A DNA stretch of 64,000 nucleotides from Candidatus Latescibacterota bacterium (lineage in GTDB: Bacteria; Latescibacterota; UBA2968; UBA8231). Numbering within the stretch: position 1 is the stretch's first letter; the number at the start of each line of letters is the position of its first letter. The stretch spans positions 6,848,001 through 6,912,000 of the forward strand of contig OZ244561.1 in the NCBI GenBank assembly GCA_965217585.1, in the 5' to 3' direction. A program made the translations under genes and the position numbers. Shown piece by piece: positions 1-8,083 of the stretch. The notes beneath the pieces are model-generated. The model worked only from the letters and a program-made list of their open reading frames with translations, did not search any database and was not told where the DNA came from.

Positions 1-875
1 TGTCCATCGCGACCGACCTGTAGCAGGGTGGAGTAACAGGGGTTGACCATGAACTCAAAAAAAAGCGGCGGCTCCGCGCTGACCGCCCACGGCTGGGTTA
101 GCCAAACCCCCATCGGTCCAGCCTCTTCGAACTCCCAGCACGATCGGATCCATAACAGGCGCACGGCCCCTCTCGCTCCCAATGATTGCTCGGCGGACCA
201 AAGCCTAGGCCAGAGCCTGTCCTCGCTGTCAAGGGTGAACCGATCGCTGCGGACAAACTCTGCGTCGCCGTCGTTGAACCACACGGTCGCTTGGGATGTC
301 CCCTCGTGGTTTTCCAATGACTCGTCGTCATACTCCATGACCAACAGGTCCACATCGCCGTCGCCTTCACCATCGGCTAGGCCAACGAAACCGGTATTGG
401 GCAGTTGCAGGATGGTGGCAAAGCCGTCCTCGCCCCGGTTGTGCCACAGTTCGAGGTTCAATCCCTCCTCAAAGGCTAGATCCAAGAGTCCATCCCCGTC
501 GAAGTCGTCCCCCCAGATACTAATGATGGGCGCGCTTCCTTCTCCTGCTTCTCTTTTTCCGTGCATGACGTCGTGGGTGGGGACCAAGCCACCCAGGCCG
601 TCGTTGGACGCCACGGTCCAGCCCCAGTGTGGAAAATGTTCTCCCGAGGCTCCGTCGTCTGCATATACGTGTGGCGACCAACGATTCCAAACTGTCACGA
701 GATCCAAATCCCCATCGCCATCTACATCGCCCAAAGCGCCGGTATCATCATGGAACCCCATGCCGATGCCCGGGCCAAGGGTAAAAAAGTCGGGTTCTAC
801 AAACAACGCGCCGGGCGAGGCAAAAGCCCCGTATGGAGCCGCCAACAGCAAAATAGCTACGATAAAGCGGTGCAT
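1..875 (-). CDS. Secreted FG-GAP/VCBS-repeat protein (3' end runs off the window)
   Basis: Not in the ORF track; read manually. AGGAGG RBS then ATG at 875: MHRFIVAILLLAAPYGAFA signal peptide, followed by GDVDGDGDLDL, DFDGDGLLDL and DGEGDGDVDL Ca-binding FG-GAP-type motifs. Confidence 0.85.
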   Translation of the reverse strand, partial: MHRFIVAILLLAAPYGAFASPGALFVEPDFFTLGPGIGMGFHDDTGALGDVDGDGDLDLVTVWNRWSPHVYADDGASGEHFPHWGWTVASNDGLGGLVPTHDVMHGKREAGEGSAPIISIWGDDFDGDGLLDLAFEEGLNLELWHNRGEDGFATILQLPNTGFVGLADGEGDGDVDLLVMEYDDESLENHEGTSQATVWFNDGDAEFVRSDRFTLDSEDRLWPRLWSAEQSLGARGAVRLLWIRSCWEFEEAGPMGVWLTQPWAVSAEPPLFFEFMVNPCYSTLLQVGRDG

Positions 876-918
876 AGTTACCTCCTAAGTCGAAGGGTGG
901 GGTTGGTGCAGAAGGGCA

Positions 919-953
919 CGTAGGGACGGCTTGCGCTCCGCACCGCCCCTACG
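919..953. repeat. GTAG-type REP-like palindrome / intergenic hairpin
   Basis: cgtagggacgg...ccgcccctacg imperfect inverted repeat starting with GTAG, located between two co-oriented genes. Confidence 0.5.
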
Positions 954-965
954 CACGAGGTGCGA

Positions 966-1853
966 CTAACGAGTACCTGTTGAAAGCAGCGATTTGATCC
1001 GTCCCCACGACTGGGACTCGACGCTCGTAGCAGTAGCTGAAGGGGAAACCGATTGCCAAACGGGATTGCGTCCACCTAAGCCATTGGTCAATTCGACCAA
1101 GTTGCCCCCGTCTAGATCAACGGCCCAAATGAGCGGAGGGTGAGTGAGAGAAGCGAAGGCCATTCTCATGCCATCGGGTGCCCAAGTAGGGCGAGTTCTC
1201 CATGTGGCGTCGGACACGGTCGCGTTCCGGGGTAAGCTAGGCAGGGGAATAACCGAGTGCTCATCTTCACCAGCATCGCTGATGTAGAGGCGGGCGGGTT
1301 TCCCTGCGTCCCCTTTGTCGCGTAGCACGATGAAAGCTTCTTTGGTCCCGTCCGGGGAAAGGCTAGAGCGGCGGAAGTGGGGTGCCTCTCTCCAGTCCAC
1401 GGACAAGGAGCCACTACCGTCCAGCACCATAACGAACGTATCAGGACCGTCCCTCCGATTGTCCGTATCCGGCGGGGTATAGACGGTATAGTAAATGCTA
1501 CGCCCGTCTGCAGACCACGAAAGCAATAGTCCATCGACGGAATCGTCTGTTAGCTGCTGTGGATTGCCGCCGTCGGCATCCATCACCCAAATCTCCCCAC
1601 CGTACCGATCATCGTCAAAAACGTCGCCGATATAGGCGATTTTCGTGCCGTCTGGAGACCAAGCCGGGCTAGCGCAATCCCGCCCTTTGGTCAGATTTAC
1701 GGGGTCGCTCCCATCCGCATTCATGATCCACACGTCAAAGCGGTGCCCCTCGCGGTCGGAGATAAATGCTATCTTACCATCTGCTTGCCCCCACCCAGCG
1801 ACGGCCAATCCCAGCGTTGCCAAGCAGACGATCAGTAGGGATCGATAGTTCAT
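966..1853 (-). CDS. Secreted PD40/TolB-like beta-propeller protein with C-terminal SWGRIK motif
   Basis: Signal peptide MNYRSLLIVCLATLGLAVAGWGQAD; PAWSPDGTKIAY-type repeats; tail TATSVESQSWGRIKSLL. Confidence 0.9.
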   Translation of the reverse strand: MNYRSLLIVCLATLGLAVAGWGQADGKIAFISDREGHRFDVWIMNADGSDPVNLTKGRDCASPAWSPDGTKIAYIGDVFDDDRYGGEIWVMDADGGNPQQLTDDSVDGLLLSWSADGRSIYYTVYTPPDTDNRRDGPDTFVMVLDGSGSLSVDWREAPHFRRSSLSPDGTKEAFIVLRDKGDAGKPARLYISDAGEDEHSVIPLPSLPRNATVSDATWRTRPTWAPDGMRMAFASLTHPPLIWAVDLDGGNLVELTNGLGGRNPVWQSVSPSATATSVESQSWGRIKSLLSTGTR

Positions 1854-1898
1854 AACGTGGCTCCTTTCAGAAGGATGAATGAGAAGGTTAGATGTATG

Positions 1899-2915
1899 TC
1901 ATGGGGCTGAAAGCAGCGATTTGACCCGTCCCCACGAGGTCTCGGCCACAGCCGTCGGCTCCCCATCGGTATAAGACGCGATGTCCATCACGTAAATCCC
2001 CCAGTCGCCGTCGCGGTTGGATTCAAAGGCGATGTACCGACCATCGGGAGACCAAGACGGAGACCTGTAGTTGGCCGAGTGGTCTATCAGGCGGCGGGGA
2101 TTGCTCCCATCCGATCCCATCACGTAAATCTCGGCCCTGTCGTAGCGCTCGGACTCAAAGGCGATGTACCGACCATCGGGAGACCAAGACGGAGCCCTAT
2201 CGTCGGCCGAGTGGTCCGTCAGGCGGCGGGGATTGCTCCCATCCGATCCCATCACGTAAATCCCAGCCCTGCCGCCGTGCTCGGACACGAAGGCGATGTG
2301 CCGACCATCCGGAGACCAAGACGGAGACTCGACCTGCTCCGGGTGGTCGGTCAGGCGGCGGGAGTTGCTCCCATCCGATCCTATCGCGTAAATCTCAGCC
2401 TTGCCGTAGCTACCGCGCCGGGACACGAAGGCGATGTGTCGGCCATCCGGAGACCAAGACGGAGACCAGTCCCAATGCGAGTCGTTGGTCAGGTTGCGGC
2501 GGTCGCTCCCATCCGAGCCTATCACGTAAATATCGCTGACGCCGCGCTCGGACACGAAGGCGATGTGCTGGCCATCGGGAGACCAAGTGGGAAGCGCGGC
2601 CCAAGCTGGGTGGTCGGTCAGGCGGCGGAAGTTGCTCCCATCCGAACCTATTACGTAAATCTTAGCCCTGCCGTCGCGCTCAAACCCGAAGGCAATGTGC
2701 TGACCATCGGGAGACCAAGTGGGAGAACTGTAGCTGGACGAGTAGTCAGTCAGGCGGCGTATGGCCCCGACGACCCAAGCCCCCTCACCACTGCTCGTCA
2801 CCGCTTGTTCAATCCCCGCCGACAGTTCAACATCCTCAGCGTCGGCTTGCCCCCAGCCAGCGACGGCCAGCCCCAAGGTTGCCAAGCAGACGATCAATAG
2901 AAATCGATAGTTCAT
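1899..2915 (-). CDS. Secreted PD40/TolB-like beta-propeller protein with C-terminal SWGRVK motif
   Basis: Near-identical leader to the previous gene; six ~44-aa PSWSPDGRHIAF...IYVMGSDGSNxRRLTD repeats; tail PTAVAETSWGRVKSLL. Confidence 0.92.
   Translation of the reverse strand: MNYRFLLIVCLATLGLAVAGWGQADAEDVELSAGIEQAVTSSGEGAWVVGAIRRLTDYSSSYSSPTWSPDGQHIAFGFERDGRAKIYVIGSDGSNFRRLTDHPAWAALPTWSPDGQHIAFVSERGVSDIYVIGSDGSDRRNLTNDSHWDWSPSWSPDGRHIAFVSRRGSYGKAEIYAIGSDGSNSRRLTDHPEQVESPSWSPDGRHIAFVSEHGGRAGIYVMGSDGSNPRRLTDHSADDRAPSWSPDGRYIAFESERYDRAEIYVMGSDGSNPRRLIDHSANYRSPSWSPDGRYIAFESNRDGDWGIYVMDIASYTDGEPTAVAETSWGRVKSLLSAP
1990..2760 (-). repeat. Intragenic ~132-bp tandem repeats (PD40 blades)
   Basis: Repeated ccatcgggagaccaagacgg / gctcccatccgatcccatcacgtaaat units at roughly 132-bp spacing. 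Confidence 0.85.
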
Positions 2916-2950
2916 AATGCATCTCCTTTCAGAAGGTTAGACTTCATCCC

Positions 2951-3847
2951 TTATGGCAGCTTGGTCGTTTTTTTCGCTTCCACCTGTCCGTCCACCTCGA
3001 CCTTATAGATATACACTCCGGCCGCCACGGCCTTGCCCTGCTCGTCGCGGCCATCCCACACAAACCGATGGCTACCCGCCCCAAGCGGCCCGTGCCACAA
3101 CTGCCGCACCCGATGACCCAACACGTTGTAGAGTGCCAAGTGGACCCGTTCCTCGTCGGTGGCCAGATCGAGGGGAATGACTATCGCGGGATTGAACGGA
3201 TTGGGATAGGCAGTGCCGAGTCGATGCTGCACTGGTTGGCCCGCTGACGGTGTCAGCACGGCGGTCGGCATCGCCTGCTTGACCTCCGAACAGAGGGTGG
3301 AGGAGCAGAGACAACTTCGCCACCACATGTCGTCGTTGAAGTGGTACGTAGTGCAGTGCCGGTACGGCTCGGTCGAGTTAAACTCTGCGCACTCGTCGGA
3401 GTACCAGCAACCAGTATCTTGACTGGTCGCGGCCGTCAGCACCCACTCTGGCACGGCCTCCGAACAGGGCGTGGACGAGTACCAACAGTTTTTTATGTAG
3501 AAGGAGCAGTCCGCGTCCAAGGCATAGATGCAGTAGAGGTATTTCGCCTCCGGCTCCACTGGATCTGTATCTGCCCGCGCGCAAATTGGATGCTCGGAGT
3601 TGGCGCTACAGTCGAAACACTGAATCCAAGTGTTCGGGCACGGTATGCAAGTAGGCGTCGGCGTCGGGCACAACCTGTTGGCTTCGGCTTTATTGATCCC
3701 AATCAGGCAAGTAGGCGTCAAGCACACCGGGTCGGCTTCGGCTTTGTTGATCTCGATCAGGACCGCAAGCCCCGCGAGGACACTCAGCCCCAGCCGAATC
3801 GGAGCCAAGCCGCTGGACGAGCCGATAAATTCACGCAGCCTGTTCAT
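2951..3847 (-). CDS. Secreted cysteine-rich protein with C-terminal FlgD-Ig / T9SS type-A-like sorting domain
   Basis: Hydrophobic N-terminus; Cys-rich core with SSTPCSEA-type repeats; tail AYPNPFNP...LYNVLG...WDGRD...AGVYIY. Confidence 0.85.
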   Translation of the reverse strand: MNRLREFIGSSSGLAPIRLGLSVLAGLAVLIEINKAEADPVCLTPTCLIGINKAEANRLCPTPTPTCIPCPNTWIQCFDCSANSEHPICARADTDPVEPEAKYLYCIYALDADCSFYIKNCWYSSTPCSEAVPEWVLTAATSQDTGCWYSDECAEFNSTEPYRHCTTYHFNDDMWWRSCLCSSTLCSEVKQAMPTAVLTPSAGQPVQHRLGTAYPNPFNPAIVIPLDLATDEERVHLALYNVLGHRVRQLWHGPLGAGSHRFVWDGRDEQGKAVAAGVYIYKVEVDGQVEAKKTTKLP

Positions 3848-3859
3848 CGCTTCGTCTCC

Positions 3860-4909
3860 TTAGTTGCCGGTACGGTCTCGCAAATGCCTCTTGATCTGCC
3901 CCCACGAGGTCTCCGCCGTAGCCGTCGGCTTCCCGTCGACATAAGACGCTATGTCCCAGAAACGCACCAAGTAGGATTGACCCGTGGCGCTGGCCAACGT
4001 GCGACCATCCGGTGAATACGCCACGAAGTCCGCACGCCCTTCGAGCGTATTGAGGAGTTCGCCTGTCGCCGCATCCCAAAGATGGATCGTGTGGTCATTA
4101 GTACTGACCAACATGCCTCCATCCGGTGAATACGCCAAACCATCACCACATTTACCGAAATGACCTAGCCCTTCGAGCGTATTGAGGAGTTCACCCGTCG
4201 TCGCATCCCAAAGACGTATCGTTCGATCTCGACTCCCACTGACCAGCCTGCGCCCATTCGGCGAGTATGAAACACTCACGACACCATGCGTGTGCCCTCT
4301 AAGCGTGTTGAGGAGTTCACCCGTCTTTACGTCCCAAAGACGAACCGTTTCGTCGGAACTCCCACTGACCAGCCTACTCCCATCCGGCGAGTATGAAACA
4401 CTCAGGACACTCTCTTTATGCCCTGTAAGCGTATTGAGAAGTTCACCTGTTGTCGTGTCCCAAAGACGTATCGTTTTGTCGAGACTCCCACTAGCCACTG
4501 CGTCCCCTCCCGGCGAATACGATACGCTAAAGACGTTATCCCTATGCCCTCTAAGCGTGTTGAGAAGTTCACCCGTCTTTGAGTCCCAAAGACGAACCGT
4601 TTCGTCGAAACTCCCACTGACCAGCCTGCTCCCATCCGGTGAATACGCCACATCCCAGACCAAATACGTATGCCCTGTAAGTGTGTTGAGGAGTTTACCC
4701 GTCGCCACATCCCAAAGACGAACCCTTTCGTCGAAATTCCCAGTGGCTACTACGTCCCCGTCTGGTGAATACGCCACACTAGTAACCCAGCTTGGTAGCC
4801 CTTTGGAATAGCTGCTACCCCCTTGGGAATAGCTGCTACCCGGCAGGCCAAAAGCTATCAAGCAGGCGATTAACACGAGACGGGTTTGATGTACAACTCG
4901 CGTTTTCAT
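3860..4909 (-). CDS. Secreted WD40-repeat protein with C-terminal SWGQIK motif
   Basis: Likely ATG at 4909 after AAAGGA; about seven GH...VSYSPDG..LVSGS.D.TVRLWD repeats at ~126-bp spacing; tail PTATAETSWGQIK. Confidence 0.92.
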   Translation of the reverse strand: MKTRVVHQTRLVLIACLIAFGLPGSSYSQGGSSYSKGLPSWVTSVAYSPDGDVVATGNFDERVRLWDVATGKLLNTLTGHTYLVWDVAYSPDGSRLVSGSFDETVRLWDSKTGELLNTLRGHRDNVFSVSYSPGGDAVASGSLDKTIRLWDTTTGELLNTLTGHKESVLSVSYSPDGSRLVSGSSDETVRLWDVKTGELLNTLRGHTHGVVSVSYSPNGRRLVSGSRDRTIRLWDATTGELLNTLEGLGHFGKCGDGLAYSPDGGMLVSTNDHTIHLWDAATGELLNTLEGRADFVAYSPDGRTLASATGQSYLVRFWDIASYVDGKPTATAETSWGQIKRHLRDRTGN

Positions 4910-4967
4910 GGGAAATTCCTTTCGGTGAGTTTTGAGGACTCTTCCACACGCCATTTTCAATCATTCC

Positions 4968-5951
4968 TTATGGCAGCTTGGTCGTCTTTTTCGCTTCCAC
5001 CTGTCCGTCCACCTCGACCTTATAGATATACACTCCGGCAGCCACGGCCTTGTCCTGCTCGTCGCGGCCATCCCACACAAACCGATGGCTACCCGCCCCA
5101 AGCGGCCCGTGCCACAACTGCCGCACCCGATGACCCAACACGTTGTAGAGTGCCAAGTGGACCCGTTCCTCGTCCGTCGCCAAATCAAGAGGAATCACCA
5201 TCGCGGGATTGAACGGATTGGGATAGGCATCGCACAGCCGATGCTGCGCCGGCCGCGCTTCCACCAATGTCTGCACGGCGGTCATCTGATCCTGCTCGGC
5301 CTCCGAACAAGAGGTGGAAGAGCACTCGCATTGTCGCCAAAAAATGTTGCCTTCTGCGTTATAGTAATTAGTGCAATATCGGTACGGCTTGGTCGAGTCC
5401 CTCCCCTCGCACCAGCGGTTATCGCACTCAGTCTCTTGATTGAAGCAAGCATTGGTCGGCCCTGTGAACGCGGTCGCGGTCTCCGGCTCGGCCTCTGAAC
5501 AGGGGGTGGAGGAACACTCGCATGCTTCTGTCCCAAAAACGTCGCCGTTTGCTTTGTAGTAGTTGATACAGTATCGGTACGGCTTGGTCGAGTCCCTTCC
5601 TGCGCCGCACCACCGGTTATCGTTATCGCAATCAACCTTTCGGGTCAGCACAGCGGGTGCGATCCCTTGGTCGGCCTCCGAACAGGGAGTGGAGGAGTTC
5701 CAGCAATCCACTGTGTAGAAGTTGCAGTCCGCGTCCAAACCATAGGTGCAATAGCGATACATCCCCTCTGCCGACGCACAATCGGAGCCGGCACTGCACA
5801 CGGTCCAAGTGTACGGGCACTCTGTGTCGGCTGCGGAGCCCCTTGCGCCGAAGAGAATCACAAGCCCCGCGAGGGCACTTACGACCCATCCTTGCCCCTG
5901 TCGTATCCCCAACGTTGCCAAGCAGGCGATCAGTAGAGATCGATAGTTCAT
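4968..5951 (-). CDS. Secreted cysteine-rich protein with FlgD-Ig / T9SS-like sorting domain (paralog of 2951-3847)
   Basis: MNYRSLLIACLATLG leader; three YRYC...CxxSSTxCSEA modules; last ~90 aa almost identical to those of 2951-3847. Confidence 0.85.
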   Translation of the reverse strand: MNYRSLLIACLATLGIRQGQGWVVSALAGLVILFGARGSAADTECPYTWTVCSAGSDCASAEGMYRYCTYGLDADCNFYTVDCWNSSTPCSEADQGIAPAVLTRKVDCDNDNRWCGAGRDSTKPYRYCINYYKANGDVFGTEACECSSTPCSEAEPETATAFTGPTNACFNQETECDNRWCEGRDSTKPYRYCTNYYNAEGNIFWRQCECSSTSCSEAEQDQMTAVQTLVEARPAQHRLCDAYPNPFNPAMVIPLDLATDEERVHLALYNVLGHRVRQLWHGPLGAGSHRFVWDGRDEQDKAVAAGVYIYKVEVDGQVEAKKTTKLP

Positions 5952-6001
5952 AACGTGGCTCGTTTCAGAAGGTTAGGAATGGGGTGCCTACGGAGGAATA
6001 T

Positions 6002-6019
6002 ATGCACATTCCGTGCCAA
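6002..6019 (-). promoter_or_regulatory. Sigma-54 (-24/-12) promoter
   Basis: Minus strand TTGGCACGGAATGTGCAT contains TGGCACG with exact GG-N10-GC spacing, ~50 bp upstream of the first ATG (5951) of the operon. Confidence 0.8.
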
Positions 6020-6034
6020 AAACACGGCCGCCGA

Positions 6035-6066
6035 CAAAAAAGCCTTTAGGAATACCCTAAAGGCTT
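6035..6066 (-). terminator. Rho-independent terminator of the activator remnant
   Basis: Perfect 11-bp stem aagcctttagg/cctaaaggctt with a 5-nt loop, followed by a T-run on the minus strand. Confidence 0.75.
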
Positions 6067-6140
6067 GAAAAACATAACACTTAAAACATGAGACGAGCCT
6101 TTCTACGATGCGCAGTCTCAGCCGTCGGTGCAAGGTTTCC

Positions 6141-6196
6141 CACGTTTTTTCGTGGAATCTTCACGGTATTTCGTGGATTTTCCACGACTTTCCGTG
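6141..6196. promoter_or_regulatory. Three phased palindromic enhancer (UAS) sites, CACG-N6-CGTG
   Basis: CACG at 6141, 6162 and 6183, each followed by N6-CGTG; exact 21-bp period; about 150-200 bp upstream of the predicted sigma-54 transcription start. Confidence 0.7.
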
Positions 6197-6204
6197 TTGG
6201 TCGC

Positions 6205-6628
6205 CTACGACTTCTTCGGTCGGCGCAACCCGTACTTCCTCATGCGATAGCGCAGCTTCTCTGGGCTCATGCCCAACAAATGCGCCGCGCCCCGCTCGCC
6301 ATAGATCATCCAGGTACTCGCCCACCGGTAAGGCATTGTACGCGACCGTATCGGCGGCCGTAAACGCGCTCCATTGTTCCGCTGGACCGTGGCCTAACAG
6401 CCGATGGCTGTAGCGCATCTGCCCCGCGCCGGTGCGGAAGCTAATGCCCTGGAAGTGAATGCGGATCTCAGGCGTGCTCTCTGGGCAGGATACGGCTTCG
6501 GGCGCGGCCAAGAGGGTGCCAGCCATCACTTCGCGGATGACCAAGCGCGGCGGCGTGCGTCCCGATTGGCCGACAGCCCAACTGTTCGGCAGTAAAGTGG
6601 CGTACCTCCCGAGACCGCGGTGCTGCAT
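6205..6628 (-). pseudogene. Collapsed remnant of a Y_Y_Y-sensor / sigma-54 enhancer-binding protein gene
   Basis: Y_Y_Y-like segment IHFQGISFRTGAGQMRYSHRLLG...WS...YNALPVGEY joined out of frame near 6312 to an FhlA-type Fis HTH, WMIYGERGAAHLLGMSPEKLRYRMRKYGL, with stop at 6205. The AAA+ domain is absent. Confidence 0.75.
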
Positions 6629-6696
6629 TCATCAAGATAAGCTAGGGCTGCCTCAAGTTGAATTTTACCAGACAAATATGCTTCTTCATATATCCT

Positions 6697-7623
6697 ATGC
6701 AGCCCATTTCTTCTCCATCCTCGCCCCTCTTCCCCGGCTTTGCCGAATACCGCCTCGCCCTCGCCGACCAAGTCGAAATGGCGTATCTCGACAATGGCGG
6801 CGGGGACCACCCCCCGTTGGTGCTGCTACACGGCGTCTTTGACAACAAAGCCACGTGGTTCCGCTTGGTTGCCCGCCTTCCCGACCGCCGCATCATCGCA
6901 CCCGACTTGATCGGCCACGGGCACAGCAGCAAGCCGACCTTTGCCGCCCGCCCGGCGCACGAGCGCTACTCACCCGACATGCAGGCTGGCTACCTCGCGG
7001 CCTTTATCGCCGCACTGGACTTGGACGACGTAATCCTCTTGGGCAATTCGCTCGGCGGAGGCTTGGCCCTGCGCCTGTACCTCGACTTTCCCGCGCTCGC
7101 GGCCAAAGTGCGCGGACTAGTGCTCATCGACGCGGCCGGCTACCCGCACCAACTCCCCGTGCACGTGCGCACCCTCGGCAGCTATCCGGGCAAGCTGCTG
7201 ACCCATGCCCCGCTCCACGCCTTGGCCCGCGCATCCGGCCTGTTGGGTTTGGCTACTTGGCGCACCTTCCGGCGCTGCTTCCACGACCGCCGCAAAATCC
7301 CCCCCGAACTCGCAACGGTCGCCCGCGCCGCACTCGAGACGCCCAACGCCGCGTATGCCTACCACTACTCAGCGCGGAACCTCGTCCCCCCCGACATAGC
7401 AACGTTCCACCGGCGCTTTGGCGACATCACCTGCCCGACCTTGGTCTTGTGGGGACAGCAGGACCGCGTCCTACCGGTGCGCTCGGCCCAGCGCTTCGTC
7501 GCCGCACTTCCCCGCGCCGACCTGCACGTCTTCCCCAATTGCGGACACGCGCCCCACCTCGAATACCCCGATGAGACGGCCGCCTACATTGAGCGGTGGA
7601 TGAAAGGACACACGATGCTCTAA
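6697..7623 (+). CDS. Alpha/beta-fold hydrolase
   Basis: LLHG oxyanion motif, GNSLGG nucleophile elbow, WGQQD, GHAPHLE. Start uncertain (6658 or 6697). Confidence 0.9.
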   Translation: MQPISSPSSPLFPGFAEYRLALADQVEMAYLDNGGGDHPPLVLLHGVFDNKATWFRLVARLPDRRIIAPDLIGHGHSSKPTFAARPAHERYSPDMQAGYLAAFIAALDLDDVILLGNSLGGGLALRLYLDFPALAAKVRGLVLIDAAGYPHQLPVHVRTLGSYPGKLLTHAPLHALARASGLLGLATWRTFRRCFHDRRKIPPELATVARAALETPNAAYAYHYSARNLVPPDIATFHRRFGDITCPTLVLWGQQDRVLPVRSAQRFVAALPRADLHVFPNCGHAPHLEYPDETAAYIERWMKGHTML

Positions 7624-7737
7624 GTATTTGTTTTAATGGATTAAAGAAAATTTATCCGCGCCCCATAAACATAACTGCAACTATTCTCCACCACCGGCGT
7701 CTAAGCTACAGAAAATCTGTTGACAAGGAGCGACAAC

Positions 7738-7947
7738 ATGCCACTGTATCGCCACGTAGAAGCCTCGGGTGCCCCAGACGAGATCATCGTGATCGAGGAT
7801 CGGGGAATGCTCGGGCGTGGCCAGCCCAGTTTCGAGTTTATCGACTCGCGTACCATCAAGGCTCATCCCCTCATCGTCGAAGCCCTAATCGCTGACGCCG
7901 AGCGTTTGTGGACCCTTGAAGAAGTGCTTGCCGACGTAGAGGAGTGA
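7738..7947 (+). CDS. Small acidic hypothetical protein (69 aa)
   Basis: AAGGAG RBS before ATG at 7738; codon style typical of the region; no recognised domain. Confidence 0.65.
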   Translation: MPLYRHVEASGAPDEIIVIEDRGMLGRGQPSFEFIDSRTIKAHPLIVEALIADAERLWTLEEVLADVEE

Positions 7948-8083
7948 CGCGCTGTTCGCCCCCACAGCGCGCCACTGAGTAACACAAAAACACCTGTAGA
8001 CTATCCCCCTCCTCTTCCTCTCCCCGGCAAAAATCCAGTCCATCCCCTAGCGCGGTCGCGCCTTGGCCACATCTTCGACCTCT

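Noticed and set aside
43-888. 281-aa plus-strand Ser/Pro-rich ORF
   Set aside because: Antisense shadow of the minus-strand FG-GAP gene, which has an RBS, a signal peptide and recognisable motifs.
966-2915. tolB of a Tol-Pal system
   Set aside because: Only PD40 propellers; no TolB N-domain and no pal/tolQRA nearby.
1990-4760. Regular DNA repeats as a possible CRISPR array
   Set aside because: Periods of about 132 and 126 bp are in-frame protein repeats with no unique spacers and no cas genes; the same holds for the 102-bp TPR repeats.
2951-5951. Diversity-generating retroelement behind the near-identical 3' regions
   Set aside because: No reverse transcriptase in the window; both copies are coding sorting domains and the differences are not adenine-specific.
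6161-6628. Intact 155-aa gene as given in the ORF track
   Set aside because: Chimeric reading across a deletion junction; its C-terminus is the wrong frame of a Fis HTH and runs into the enhancer sites.
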